This document shows positions 8,727 through 19,128 of a DNA stretch of 64,000 nt, piece by piece. The first letter of the stretch is position 1. Every line of letters begins with the position of its first letter. Under the pieces are notes generated by a model. That model made no database searches and was not told where the DNA came from. It saw only the letters and a program-made list of their open reading frames with translations. Source of the DNA: Thermoplasmatales archaeon (lineage in GTDB: Archaea > Thermoplasmatota > Thermoplasmata > Thermoplasmatales > Thermoplasmataceae); contig JACWAH010000001.1 of the NCBI GenBank assembly GCA_014874365.1, positions 2,314 to 66,313 of the forward strand, read 5' to 3'. Position numbers and translations under genes: made by a program.

Positions 8727-8904
8727 AGTCGGCAGGCTATTCGGTATCTTTTTTTGTGTTTAGGCACTTGGTAAAATCGTGAACTTTTCATTTTGTTTTA
8801 CCTCTTATTGTTATTTTAATACTTTCATAAATCCATATTGATTTGCCTGTTTGCGCGGGGCAACACTATTATTACGAATTATGATTGTCGTGCAGAGGCC
8901 ACCA

Positions 8905-9336
8905 ATGATAGACATTACGGAGAAGGATATTGTTGAGCGGAGGGCTGTTGCCGAAGGGAAGATTAACCTGAAGCGATCAACGATTCAGCAAATAAGGGAT
9001 CTGAAAATCAAAAAGGGGGATGTACTCACAGTTGCAAGAGTCGCTGGAATTGATGCAGTGAAGAATACACCTTCATTGATACCATTCTGCCATCAGATCC
9101 CAATTGAATTCGCAGATGTTACTTTCGATGTGGGCGATACATGGATTAAGTGCAGGTGCGAAGTGAAGGCGATTTATAAAACCGGGGTGGAAATGGAATC
9201 GCTGTCAGGTGTTATGGGCTCCCTGCTCACTATCTGGGATATGGTAAAGTATCTCGAGAAAGACTCTACAGGAAATTATCCCGAGACAGGAATCTCGGAG
9301 ATAAGAGTTATTCAAAAAGTTAAGGGTCAAAAATGA
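8905..9336 (+). CDS. moaC: Cyclic pyranopterin monophosphate synthase
   Basis: MIDITEK, KKGDVL, LIPFCHQI, KTGVEME and TIWDMVK motifs. Confidence 0.95.
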   Translation: MIDITEKDIVERRAVAEGKINLKRSTIQQIRDLKIKKGDVLTVARVAGIDAVKNTPSLIPFCHQIPIEFADVTFDVGDTWIKCRCEVKAIYKTGVEMESLSGVMGSLLTIWDMVKYLEKDSTGNYPETGISEIRVIQKVKGQK

Positions 9337-9812
9337 ATCATGGTCATTTTCATGCAGAGAAGAAACTCAGGTTCGCAATAATACTTGTATCCACTACGCG
9401 AACGCTGAAAGAGGATGTCTCTGGTGAAAAGCTTTCAGCCTTGATCGGTAGTTATGCAGAGAGCATTGTAAGGGACAGTTCCCATGATGATTCGGATGAA
9501 ATACTGGGAGCCCTGAAAAGGGCTCTCCCCATCTCCGATGTGGTTGTGTTCATTGGAGGGACCGGGCTCAGCAAGTATGACCTTACAACGACTACGCTAA
9601 GAAAAATCAGTGAAAGAGAAGTCTCTGGTTTTGGGGAGCTCTTTCGATCAAGTTCAGGAAATCAATACGCCTATCTGTCTGATGCGACTATGTTTCTGTA
9701 TTCAGGACGAATTATATGCTGTTTGCCAGGCAGCCCGGATGCCATGGAAGTGGGTGCTGAAGTGATAAAGAAACTGGTAAGTCATGCGTTTCATGAGCTT
9801 CATAAGGAATAA
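9333..9812 (+). CDS. moaB: Molybdopterin adenylyltransferase (MoaB/MogA family)
   Basis: DVSG, GGTGLSKYDLT, GFGELFR and CLPGSP motifs, in moa context. Confidence 0.88.
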   Translation: MNHGHFHAEKKLRFAIILVSTTRTLKEDVSGEKLSALIGSYAESIVRDSSHDDSDEILGALKRALPISDVVVFIGGTGLSKYDLTTTTLRKISEREVSGFGELFRSSSGNQYAYLSDATMFLYSGRIICCLPGSPDAMEVGAEVIKKLVSHAFHELHKE

Positions 9813-9891
9813 CAGCCTGCATTGAACCAGGACGAATTTAGGCGAGAACCCGTTGAATCAGAAAGTAGTGTTTAGAACAATACCTGTCAGG

Positions 9892-10620
9892 CTAGCGCAA
9901 TTTGTTCCCGCAAGTCCTGCAGTCAGGATTCCTCTGTGTTTCTATGGTTTCAACAGTGTTCTTCAGTGAATCGGCAATCTTTATGAATCCCGTGATTTCG
10001 CTTCCCATCAATATCGATACTGATGTGGATACGCCAATGGATGCCGTCATGGATACTGCGGGAGGAAATATTCCAATCTGAGAACATGACCCTTCTTCCA
10101 TTTTTGGGATGTTCAGGCAATCCAGGCAGGCGGTTTTTCCCGGCACCACTGGAATCACCTCTCCCCAATATTGCAAAGAAGAGGTCATTACAAATGGGAT
10201 TCCCAGTTTCACGCATGCACGATTCAGCGCGAATCTTGCCGCGAAATTATCAGTGCCATCATAAACAAGCGAAGATCCTTCGATAATCCCGGACACATTT
10301 TCAGCGTCGAGATGTTTGTTCACAACCTCCACCTGCATTTCCCTGTTGATGAGCTTCAACGCTCCTGCTGCTTCAACTACCTTCTGCTTTCCAACGGAAG
10401 ATTCACCGTAGAGGAACTGCCTGTGCAGGTTGTTTTCCCTGACAACATCATCATCCACGATCCTGAGTTTTCCAATGCCCATTCTTGCAAATAACTCTGC
10501 TGAAACCGATCCATTACCCCCAATGCCAACAATGGTTACCATAGATTGTGAAAGCTTTTTCTGGCCGCTGATTGAAATTTCCCTTAACGCAATCTGTCCC
10601 GAATACCTGTTGATATTCAC
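9892..10620 (-). CDS. moeB: HesA/MoeB/ThiF family adenylyltransferase
   Basis: RYSGQ, VGIGGNG, NLHRQ, DGTDNF and two CxxC motifs. Confidence 0.9.
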   Translation of the reverse strand: MNINRYSGQIALREISISGQKKLSQSMVTIVGIGGNGSVSAELFARMGIGKLRIVDDDVVRENNLHRQFLYGESSVGKQKVVEAAGALKLINREMQVEVVNKHLDAENVSGIIEGSSLVYDGTDNFAARFALNRACVKLGIPFVMTSSLQYWGEVIPVVPGKTACLDCLNIPKMEEGSCSQIGIFPPAVSMTASIGVSTSVSILMGSEITGFIKIADSLKNTVETIETQRNPDCRTCGNKLR

Positions 10621-10720
10621 CGCAACTCACCACTCATCTGGCTGTTCTTGTTGGGAATCCATCGTAACCAATGCAAGTGTTCAACCTGGCAGCACGGGAG
10701 AAAAGCTATCCAGCCGACTT

Positions 10721-10957
10721 TCAGCCCCCGCTCACCGGCGGGAATATTGCCACAGTGTCGCCTTCGGCAAGGATGGTGCTGTCATCCGAATATCTCTCAT
10801 TCACCGCTACCATCATCCCCTTCCTGGACAACTCAGGATGCAGATCATTTATCACTTTCTTGAGTTGCATTATGTTCGTTCCTTCGAACTCCAGGATCTC
10901 ATTTGAAGTGCCGGTAACCTCGGTGAACATCGCAAAATATCGCACGCTAAGCTTCAT
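10721..10957 (-). CDS. moaD: Molybdopterin synthase sulfur carrier (MoaD/SAMP)
   Basis: VRYFA start, VAVN and C-terminal PPVSGG. Confidence 0.93.
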   Translation of the reverse strand: MKLSVRYFAMFTEVTGTSNEILEFEGTNIMQLKKVINDLHPELSRKGMMVAVNERYSDDSTILAEGDTVAIFPPVSGG

Positions 10958-11951
10958 CTTCCAATCTCCAGTAAGGCTCCCTCTTACTTACTGCAGTCCT
11001 ATACGCCCCGGACAGGTCCTGATCACTCTTTTCATTTCTCAGGATTCCCATAATGTCTGTCTGGTTATCATTTGTCATGAGACAGGTCTTGAGTTTTCCT
11101 CCAGAAGTAACCCGCAGCCTGGTGCAACTCATGCAGAATCCGGAATTGTGCATGGGCCTCACGAATTCTATCTTCAGTGGTCGCCCATTGTGATCGATCG
11201 TATACTTGTATCTTTCATGCAGGATGTTCTTCTCCCGGTTCAGTGACCTGGCTGCGATTTCTTTCTCCATCGGGTAGATGTCATAATGATATCTTCTGTA
11301 GAAGTCCTGTTTTTCGCCTTCCTTTGTTGCTTCCAGCTCGATAAGCTGCAGTGTAACGCCTTCTTTTGCGCAAAGGTCCATCATTTCCGGTACTTTGTCC
11401 ACATTAACTTCCTTCAGTACTACAAAATTGAGCTTAATCTGGCTCAAACCTGCCTCTTTTGCAGCGGCAAGCCCTTCCAGCACAATATCCATGGCATCCA
11501 CGCCGGTGATCTGTATGAATCCCGCAGGATCAGATGCGTGCAATGAGATATTCACCCTATCCAGGCCCGCTTCCTTAAGGTCCTTTGCAAGTTTTCCCAG
11601 CAATACTCCATTGGTGGTCAGTGAAAGATCTCCCTTAACATGTGGTCTTGTTCTTGAGATTATTTCAAGGATGTCTCTCCTCAGAAGGGGCTCTCCACCT
11701 GTGAACTTGACCCTTGTCATTCCATTCATTGCCGCTACCTGGACTATCCTCTCTATCTCCTCAGGGGTCATTTCCTGGCTGTTGATCCCTGTGCCCTCCA
11801 TGTGGCAGAATATGCAGGAAAAATTGCATACAGCGTTCAACTGAATTCTAAGGCTGTTCACCGTGCGCCCATAACTGTCCACTGGAGGTTGGACCAGAGT
11901 GTTACTATCCATGGACATATTTGGCAAAATTGATCTGTTAATCAATGCCAA
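10947..11951 (-). CDS. moaA: GTP 3',8-cyclase
   Basis: DSYGR..SLRI, CNFSCIFC, FTGGEPLLR and C-terminal FCMSCTRLR...CL. The true start may be slightly downstream. Confidence 0.95.
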   Translation of the reverse strand: MALINRSILPNMSMDSNTLVQPPVDSYGRTVNSLRIQLNAVCNFSCIFCHMEGTGINSQEMTPEEIERIVQVAAMNGMTRVKFTGGEPLLRRDILEIISRTRPHVKGDLSLTTNGVLLGKLAKDLKEAGLDRVNISLHASDPAGFIQITGVDAMDIVLEGLAAAKEAGLSQIKLNFVVLKEVNVDKVPEMMDLCAKEGVTLQLIELEATKEGEKQDFYRRYHYDIYPMEKEIAARSLNREKNILHERYKYTIDHNGRPLKIEFVRPMHNSGFCMSCTRLRVTSGGKLKTCLMTNDNQTDIMGILRNEKSDQDLSGAYRTAVSKREPYWRLEDEA

Positions 11952-12349
11952 GATTCTCCACCTTCCAGGAATATATCCTTCTTCCAGATAGGAGCCTTAG
12001 TTTTTACAAGGTCCACAAACTCAGAACATGCACCGAATGCTTCTTTTCTATGCTCTGAACTGACTGCAACAAAGAATGAGGTTTCTCCCGGTCCCAGGAA
12101 TCCGACCCTGTGAAAAGCCACCAGATCAACCAGGTTGAATTTCCTGATGACGGCCTCGCCTGTTTCAGAAAGCACCTTTTCCGCCATCTCCCTGTAACAA
12201 TCGTATTGCAATCCCCTGAGCCTCTTCCCTTTTTCGTTATCCCTGACAACACCTGAAAATGATACAACTGCACCCTGGCCCCTGTCTTCCAGACGAGCCA
12301 GGTAAGATTCTCTGGTTACAGGGGACTCCTCAATTTTCACCCACATCAC
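11942..12349 (-). CDS. moaE: Molybdopterin synthase catalytic subunit
   Basis: GAVVSFSGVVR, HRVG, HRKEAF and KTKAPIWKK motifs. Confidence 0.95.
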   Translation of the reverse strand: MMWVKIEESPVTRESYLARLEDRGQGAVVSFSGVVRDNEKGKRLRGLQYDCYREMAEKVLSETGEAVIRKFNLVDLVAFHRVGFLGPGETSFFVAVSSEHRKEAFGACSEFVDLVKTKAPIWKKDIFLEGGESWH

Positions 12350-14370
12350 TTTACCCTGGACCTTGCGTTGACGATCTCTTCAGGCGAAACCGGAGTTTTA
12401 CGTATCCTGATTCCGGCACTCCTTTCTATCGCCCTAACTAAAGCAGTCGGGACACCAATTGTGGGGGATTCCCCGACACCCTTTGCACCATGTGGAAAGC
12501 GGGATGGTACTTCCTCCAGATAAACGTCGATGTCTGGGGACTGCACAGAATTAAGTACCCCGGAATCTGAAAGTGAGGCTGCCATCAGCTGGCCATCCTG
12601 GTCAAACTCAATATTTTCACTCAGCACCTGCCCGACTCCCTGAACAGCGCCTCCCTTGATCTGTGAAACTACCACATCGGGAACAAGCGCTTTTCCAACG
12701 TCATAATACGCCTTGAGTTTGGACACCCTCACGTTTCCGGCTGCGTCTGCATCCGCCACAGCAAGGTTGGCACAGAATGAGATGAGCATCCCTTTTTCGT
12801 TTGCGTACTCATATTCATCGTAATCTCCTGAAAGAAGAGCCCTGGCAGTATAGGCACCTTTGTCCTTCTTGACGTGAGCAATTACCTTATCTGCGACCTT
12901 TAACAGCGCATTGGCTCCAACTATTGCAGATCTGCTTCCCCAGCTTCCCACCCCTTCCTTCAGCATATCGGTATCGCCAAGCTGTAATTCAATTATCGAA
13001 GGGTCAACGCCGAATTTCCCGGAAAGGAGCTTTGCTACCCAAAGGTCATGCCTCTGGCCATGAGCGTTACCTCCCAGCCAGACATTTATTCTTCCTCTTT
13101 CAACTTTTATCCTGCAGCTTTCACCGTCCGAGACAGCAGGAATCAGGGCAAAACAAGAGATTCCAGGCTTAGATTCCCTTGCCAATCGCCTGTATTCCAT
13201 TTTCTCAAACGCCCTGGCCATAAAGCCGGCAGATGCCTCTATCTCCATTCCTGTTGGAGACCTGAATTTATCTTTAGCCGCATTCAGGAGCCTGATATCT
13301 AAAGGGTCTGCCCCGATTTCATCCGCCAGAAGGTCAATCATCCTCTCCATCATAAACGATGCTTCCGGTCTTCCTGCTCCCCTGTAGGGTCCCTGCTCAA
13401 CCTTGTTTGTCATAACCGAGCGCGCGTGGAAATATGCATTTGGTATTGCATAGGGCCCGGTGATCTGGAAAGCTATCCAGCCTGAAGACCAGGAAGCGCC
13501 CCCATAAGCACCGGCGTCCACTATGACGTCACCTGAAATTCCCTTTATAACGCCAGATTTCATTGCGTGGATCCTCATGTTGCCAACAACTCCTCTCCCC
13601 GGCCTGGACGCCATAAGATGTTCCCTTCTCGTCTCAATCCACTTGACCGGGACCTTCAATTTCATTGCAAGTGAGGCAGCTACGATATATTCAGGATATA
13701 CTCCTCCCTTGAGCCCAAAGGCACCACCAGTATCTGTCTGAATTACCCTGACTGATTCTTTACCTAGATTCATGGACTCGCAAATTCCGTCTCTCACACT
13801 GTGGGCAGATTGAGTTGGAGTCCAAACTGTCAATTTAGTACCATCGTATGCAGCTACAATTCCCCGGGTTTCCAGGGGATTGGTGGCCACCCTCCTGTTT
13901 TCGAGCCTGTCTTCCAAAACTATCTCAGCTTCTCCTGCGGAAAATTCCTTCCCGACATATCTGTCTGAGATAATGTTAGTCTTTACGCCCGGAATGACGG
14001 GTTCCGAATTCAAAGCTTCAACGGGATCTAAAATTGGTTTCAGAGGGTCATAGTCAATTTCCACGCTGTCCAGATTATCCTCCGCTTCATACCGGTTCTT
14101 CCCCGTAACTGCCGCTATTGGTTCACCCAGGTATGCAGCAAATTTGCTTGCAAGAACAGGAGCCCTCAAGCTGAGGTCTTCTTCCGTGGCCCCTTCTCCG
14201 GCTGATGCCATGAAATAAGGGAAATCCCTGGCAGTGTAGCCCCCTTTGACGTACAACAACTTTGCGCGGGAATAGTTGCTTCTGGCAAAGGCTATGTGAA
14301 CCATTCCAGGGAAAGAAATATCATCAACGAATCTTCCCTTCCCGTTAACTATATCCGTAATGCTGCTCAT
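12346..14370 (-). CDS. Xanthine-dehydrogenase-family molybdoprotein large subunit (CutA/CoxL-like aldehyde oxidoreductase)
   Basis: GGAFGLK, PYRGAGRPE, HGQ, GSWGSRS and AKGVGE motifs. Confidence 0.9.
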   Translation of the reverse strand: MSSITDIVNGKGRFVDDISFPGMVHIAFARSNYSRAKLLYVKGGYTARDFPYFMASAGEGATEEDLSLRAPVLASKFAAYLGEPIAAVTGKNRYEAEDNLDSVEIDYDPLKPILDPVEALNSEPVIPGVKTNIISDRYVGKEFSAGEAEIVLEDRLENRRVATNPLETRGIVAAYDGTKLTVWTPTQSAHSVRDGICESMNLGKESVRVIQTDTGGAFGLKGGVYPEYIVAASLAMKLKVPVKWIETRREHLMASRPGRGVVGNMRIHAMKSGVIKGISGDVIVDAGAYGGASWSSGWIAFQITGPYAIPNAYFHARSVMTNKVEQGPYRGAGRPEASFMMERMIDLLADEIGADPLDIRLLNAAKDKFRSPTGMEIEASAGFMARAFEKMEYRRLARESKPGISCFALIPAVSDGESCRIKVERGRINVWLGGNAHGQRHDLWVAKLLSGKFGVDPSIIELQLGDTDMLKEGVGSWGSRSAIVGANALLKVADKVIAHVKKDKGAYTARALLSGDYDEYEYANEKGMLISFCANLAVADADAAGNVRVSKLKAYYDVGKALVPDVVVSQIKGGAVQGVGQVLSENIEFDQDGQLMAASLSDSGVLNSVQSPDIDVYLEEVPSRFPHGAKGVGESPTIGVPTALVRAIERSAGIRIRKTPVSPEEIVNARSRVK

Positions 14371-14371
14371 T

Positions 14372-14881
14372 TTATCTCCTCACCAATTCCGGTGATTCCG
14401 GGAGCTTTTCGCGAGCAGTTTCCCCTTTTACGGATTTTACTGCTTCAACTATTCCATGGTAACCTGTGCATCTGCATATGTTTCCAGAGATAGCCTCCCT
14501 GATCTCCTTTTCGTTGGGGTCCGATTTTTTTCTCAGCAACGAATAGCTGGATATGAGCATCCCGGAAGTACAGAATCCGCATTGCAATCCATGCTTCTCT
14601 ATAAATTCCTCCTTGAGCCTTTTCATCAGCGGTTCTTCTCCCAGCCCTTCTAGGGTTCTTACTTCCCTGTCGTCAGCCTGGACGGCAAGTACCGTACAGG
14701 ATTTTACAGGTTTACCGTCAAGCAGGACAGTACAGGCTCCGCAATTGCTCGTATCGCATCCCATATGAGTTGCTGTAAGATCTGCAAATTCTCTAACAAA
14801 GTCCAGAAGCAGGGTTCTGGGCTCTACCTCTCTCTCGAATTTCCGTCCATTGAGCTTTATGTTTACCTTTACGTTCTTCAT
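14372..14881 (-). CDS. 2x[2Fe-2S] small subunit (CoxS/CutC-like)
   Basis: GCDTSNCGACTV, QCGFCT and GNICRCTGY motifs. Confidence 0.93.
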   Translation of the reverse strand: MKNVKVNIKLNGRKFEREVEPRTLLLDFVREFADLTATHMGCDTSNCGACTVLLDGKPVKSCTVLAVQADDREVRTLEGLGEEPLMKRLKEEFIEKHGLQCGFCTSGMLISSYSLLRKKSDPNEKEIREAISGNICRCTGYHGIVEAVKSVKGETAREKLPESPELVRR

Positions 14882-15759
14882 GTTAACCCAGCCTCCGCTC
14901 TCTTGTACGCCAGTGCAAGCGCTTCGGTCACAAGATAAGAAGCAATATATCTCTTATATTCTGCTGAGGCGAAGAAATCGGATTCCACTGATATGCCGTT
15001 TTTCACTATATTATTGATTTCTTTCAGCAATCCTGTATTGATCTTCTTTCCCTGCAGATGGGAATCAACGGATTTCATCAGATAAGGCCTGGGAAAGATG
15101 GAACCCAGTACAGTCCTGGAACTCAGGCAATTCATATCATCGTCCAGGTGGAGTACCGTCGCTACAGAAGCAAGTGAAAAATCTCCGGAACTTTTTGCCT
15201 GTTTCATGAATGCCGAAGTTGCGTTTCCGCCATTCCTCGGTATTCTTACTGCGGTAAGCACCTCATTATGCGACAGTCCTGTTGAAAAAGCCCCCTGGAA
15301 GAATTTATCTGATTTCTCGACCCTCTGGTTCCCATTCCCGGATATCACGAACTCTGCATCCAGTGCAGTCATGACCGGTGGAAGGTCATTTCCCGGATCA
15401 GCATGTGAAAGGTTCCCGCCAACAGTTCCCATGTTGCGGACCAGCGGATCGGCTATGCCCGCAGCAGCTTCATGTAGCGCAGGAATATATTTTGATACAG
15501 ATCTGTTCTCTTCCAGTGATCCAACCTTGTAGGATGCGCCAATTTCGATAAATCCATTATCTTCCCTGAAGGAATCTAATGCCGCAATTCCACCTATGTC
15601 AACAAGCAGGTCTATGGTCATGATTCTTGTTTTAAGCAGGGGAATCAAGCTTTGTCCACCCGCCAATACCTTGGAATTCTCAACTTCAGACAATGCTTTA
15701 ACTGCGTCCCGGATCGATGAGACCTTTAAATAATCAAACTTCCCAGGTGTTGATCCCAT
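14878..15759 (-). CDS. FAD-binding medium subunit (CoxM/CutB-like)
   Basis: LAGGQSL and VRNMGTVGGNLSHADP motifs. Confidence 0.93.
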   Translation of the reverse strand: MGSTPGKFDYLKVSSIRDAVKALSEVENSKVLAGGQSLIPLLKTRIMTIDLLVDIGGIAALDSFREDNGFIEIGASYKVGSLEENRSVSKYIPALHEAAAGIADPLVRNMGTVGGNLSHADPGNDLPPVMTALDAEFVISGNGNQRVEKSDKFFQGAFSTGLSHNEVLTAVRIPRNGGNATSAFMKQAKSSGDFSLASVATVLHLDDDMNCLSSRTVLGSIFPRPYLMKSVDSHLQGKKINTGLLKEINNIVKNGISVESDFFASAEYKRYIASYLVTEALALAYKRAEAGLT

Positions 15760-15762
15760 AAA

Positions 15763-16665
15763 TTACTGATTATCTCTTCCTATTACCGTTTTTTGATCTT
15801 TCTTTTTGACATTTTTGTTCTTGTGAGCGATTATCTCTGAGATTATACTGATGGCTATTTCCTGTGGAGTTACTGAACCGATGTCCAGTCCCACGGGTGC
15901 GCGTATTCTCCCGATGAATTCTTCCGGAACGCCTTTCTCCTTCAGGTCGCCGAAATCCTTTTCAATCCTTTTCCTGCTTGCCATAAGGCCAATATATCCT
16001 GCTTTCGAGTTCTGGATACCAGTAAGCACGTCTAAGTCCCTTGTACCCTTAGTAAGTACTACGATGGAATCGCTCTCAAGGGTTTCAAATTTATTCAAAT
16101 CAAAGCCCAGATCTTCATGGAAAACATCAGGATTATCGTCCGTTTTTGTCGGGTTTATTAGCACAGTAGTGAAGCCAAGCCATTTGGCAAGATATAAGAG
16201 GCTCGATTGTACCTCGTCCCGGCCTCCCTGTCCAATGACAATTATCCTGCTTTGTCCTCCATATGGGTCCAGGAATATCTCGAGATTGCCGCCGCAGAAG
16301 GTTTCCACAAAAACTTCATTTTCAGCTGCTTTTTGCTGTAGTTTCAGTCCTGTCTCTGCTTCCTCAAGATGCACTTTCACAATTATGGGGGCGCCAGTTT
16401 CCATAACCTTTGAAATATACGGCGTCACTGCTGATTCGGGGCAACCCCCTCCAAATCCACCGGCAAGAACCTTCCCTTCAGGCGAGAAGAGTGTTTTGAA
16501 ACCCGGTTTTGCCAGTGTGGAACCTTCACTTTTTACTACCGTCGCCAGGAGAAACGCTTTTCCATCGTTTTTCAATTTGGAAACCAATTCGAGCGGATCG
16601 TTGTTCACAGCTTTAAAAGTCATCATGGTATTAATCCATAACTGTTGATTGGATTGAATTGCCAT
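15763..16665 (-). CDS. XdhC/CoxF-family Moco insertion chaperone
   Basis: ATVVKSEGS, GGGCPE, CGG, YIGLMAS and RAPVGLDIGSVTPQEIAISI motifs. The start may be slightly downstream. Confidence 0.9.
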   Translation of the reverse strand: MAIQSNQQLWINTMMTFKAVNNDPLELVSKLKNDGKAFLLATVVKSEGSTLAKPGFKTLFSPEGKVLAGGFGGGCPESAVTPYISKVMETGAPIIVKVHLEEAETGLKLQQKAAENEVFVETFCGGNLEIFLDPYGGQSRIIVIGQGGRDEVQSSLLYLAKWLGFTTVLINPTKTDDNPDVFHEDLGFDLNKFETLESDSIVVLTKGTRDLDVLTGIQNSKAGYIGLMASRKRIEKDFGDLKEKGVPEEFIGRIRAPVGLDIGSVTPQEIAISIISEIIAHKNKNVKKKDQKTVIGRDNQ

Positions 16666-16748
16666 TTTTCTTCAAATATATATATCTTGATCAACGCGCA
16701 TTAGCTGTTCTTATCTATCCCTATTCTATTGTCTTCCGCTGATGCTGA

Positions 16749-17189
16749 ATGGAATTCGACGGAACGATGGAGATACTCAGGCCCGTGGATAAAGTGATGG
16801 AATTCGTTTCAAATTCGAGAAACGTCGTTGAAGCCCTCCCTGGACTGGAATCCAGCGAGGTAAAGGATGACACCCATCTTTCGGTGAGGGTCAAAATGGG
16901 GACTTCTTTCATAAAGGGGAAATTCAACATGGATTTGGAGATTGAAAGGAAAGAAGATAACGTTCTGGAAGTGAAGGGCAAAGGCAAGGGTTCTGGAAGC
17001 TCCCTGGAAATCAGGATAACCGCTCGAATAATGCCAATTGATTCTGGAAGGTGCAGGATCGACTGGGCTGCTACTGCTCAGGTCGGTGGCGCCATTGCGT
17101 CTATCGGATCCAGGTTCATCCAGGCTTCGGCAAAATCTTATCTTGCAGAATTCATAGAAAATGTGAAAGAGAAGCTGGAATCCTCTTAA
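16749..17189 (+). CDS. CoxG/SRPBCC-family protein
   Basis: MEFDG start, ALPG and VGGAIASIGSRFI, in cox context. Confidence 0.85.
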   Translation: MEFDGTMEILRPVDKVMEFVSNSRNVVEALPGLESSEVKDDTHLSVRVKMGTSFIKGKFNMDLEIERKEDNVLEVKGKGKGSGSSLEIRITARIMPIDSGRCRIDWAATAQVGGAIASIGSRFIQASAKSYLAEFIENVKEKLESS

Positions 17190-17806
17190 TGTCTTTGAAC
17201 GAACTTCCGAACGACTTATACGCGATCCTTCTTGCATCAGGTTTGTCCAGCAGATTTCATGGAGATAAACTATTGGAGGAGATTGGCGGCAGGGCAATTG
17301 CCAGGATTTCTGCTGAAAATATCCGCTCTGCAGGCATTGGAAACATGGTTATAGTGGCAAATCCTGAGGTAAAAAAATTACTCGGCAACGAAGGTTACCG
17401 CCACATTGTGCTTAATGAAAATCCAGAAGAAGGAATTGGCTACGCGATACGCCTGGGAGTTTCGCATGTTACGGAATCTGCCCACATAGTGATTTTTCCT
17501 TCCGACATGCCCTTATTCGGGGCTGCAATGATTCAGAAATTGATCGGCTTTTTTTATGAAGACACCTCGGCAATAGCATGTTGCAATCTCAACGGAATCA
17601 GGATGAGCCCAACTGTTTTCCCAAAAAGTTGCAGGAAAGATCTCCTGACGCTGAAGTCGGATAAAGGCGGTATATCGATCATCAACTCCGGGAAATATCA
17701 AGTAAGGGATCTGATTATCGGAGACAGTAATATTATGCAGGATGTTGATACAACGGATGATCTGGAACTTGCACGCAGGATTTCGGCAATGTATTTGAGC
17801 AAATAA
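17189..17806 (+). CDS. mocA: Molybdenum cofactor cytidylyltransferase-like NTP transferase (MocA)
   Basis: ILLASGLSSRF..DKLL, NPEEGI, DMP, DKGG and DVDT..DL motifs. The ATG at 17189 overlaps the coxG stop. Confidence 0.75.
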   Translation: MSLNELPNDLYAILLASGLSSRFHGDKLLEEIGGRAIARISAENIRSAGIGNMVIVANPEVKKLLGNEGYRHIVLNENPEEGIGYAIRLGVSHVTESAHIVIFPSDMPLFGAAMIQKLIGFFYEDTSAIACCNLNGIRMSPTVFPKSCRKDLLTLKSDKGGISIINSGKYQVRDLIIGDSNIMQDVDTTDDLELARRISAMYLSK

Positions 17807-19014
17807 TGAAACCTCTTCTTAGAAACATCATATTAATCAGCTCCCTAAGCACATTCATAGACGGCTACAACCTGCTTGTTATAACTCCGGTTTTACGAAC
17901 CCCTGGTTTTTTTGCAACAAATGCCATAACACTTTCAATTACCGCATCTTCCGCTATAATTGGGAATTTCCTGGGTGCTCTATTGCTTGGAAATCTTTCG
18001 GATAGACTTGGCAGGAAATACATGTTCTTATGGGACATAGTTTTCTTCATAATATTCGGAATAGTAGGGATATTTTCCACTTCCCTTTTAATGCTGGTCG
18101 TGTCGAGGTTCTTCCTTGGTATAGGGATAGGAGGGGATTACCCGATATCATCTACCATGGTTTCGGAATTTTCTCCGCAGTCAGGTAGGGGAAGAAATGT
18201 TGCTTTACTCGGATTTGGATGGACCATGGGATTTGCAGTCTCCATGATCTTTGGGGTATTATTATCATCATATGGTGCACAATCATGGAGATATATGCTG
18301 GTTCCCCCGGTGATATTCTCCGCTGTAGTTATCATTATGAGAAACTCGTTCTATGAATCAGAGATTTGGAAATCCGTCGTAAAGGGAAAGAAGTCTGCAG
18401 GCAAAATCAGGGCTCTGTTTTCACCTGCTCTGATAAGGGCCACTATGTTCATAGCGGGATTCTGGTTCCTCTTTGATGTTGTGCAATACGGTATTCTTGT
18501 CTACGCCCCAAGCGTGATGGCCGGGCTGGGATTCACAGGACATGAACAGCCTGTATATGCGTCACTCTTCATCGCTGTCGCAGAACTGATCGGTGTTTCA
18601 GCAGGAATATACCTCATCGGCACAATCGGCAGGAAGACGCTGCTGATCGCAGGTTTTGTTGGCATATCGATTGCCATGTTTATGGCAGTTTTTCACTATT
18701 CAGCTTTATTTTCAATTCTTGTAATCATGCTGTTCGGCATCTCTGCGGGCATAGGTCCGGGCATAATGGAATTCGTCCTCCCTCCAGAAAATTTCCCTGC
18801 AGAAGTGCGTGGAACCGGTGCTGGTTTCGGCAACACAATGAGTAGGCTCGGTGCGGCTGTTGGAGTACTTATTCAACCCATAATTATCGCTGCCTATGGC
18901 ACTTCGCCGGTTTTCATAGGATATTCATTTGTGGCTATAATCGCCATTGTCGTCGTAGCAAAGCTTGGAACCGAGACGGCACATTCAGAACTGCCTTCAA
19001 CGGTGATCAACTGA
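17806..19014 (+). CDS. MFS transporter (sugar/metabolite porter-like)
   Basis: DGYN, SDRLGRK, GIGGDYP, SEFSP..RG and ENFPAEVRG motifs. Confidence 0.9.
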   Translation: MKPLLRNIILISSLSTFIDGYNLLVITPVLRTPGFFATNAITLSITASSAIIGNFLGALLLGNLSDRLGRKYMFLWDIVFFIIFGIVGIFSTSLLMLVVSRFFLGIGIGGDYPISSTMVSEFSPQSGRGRNVALLGFGWTMGFAVSMIFGVLLSSYGAQSWRYMLVPPVIFSAVVIIMRNSFYESEIWKSVVKGKKSAGKIRALFSPALIRATMFIAGFWFLFDVVQYGILVYAPSVMAGLGFTGHEQPVYASLFIAVAELIGVSAGIYLIGTIGRKTLLIAGFVGISIAMFMAVFHYSALFSILVIMLFGISAGIGPGIMEFVLPPENFPAEVRGTGAGFGNTMSRLGAAVGVLIQPIIIAAYGTSPVFIGYSFVAIIAIVVVAKLGTETAHSELPSTVIN

Positions 19015-19128
19015 TAGATTGGTTTTATCTGTCAAGGATCAGGATCGATAACCAGGGATGAATGAATATTAACAATCCCGTTCATGTTAGCTGTATTTCT
19101 TATTAATTGCTCCAGAATTAACCCGTCA

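Noticed and set aside
12346..14370. Aerobic CO dehydrogenase (form I CoxL)
   Set aside because: The active-site loop is PYRGAGR, not AYxCSFR, so the Cu-ligating Cys is missing. Substrate left unassigned.
15851..16648. Long antisense ORFs (this 265-aa one, also 10671-11246, 27912-28481, 53077-53670)
   Set aside because: They are shadows of well-supported genes on the opposite strand and have no recognisable motifs.
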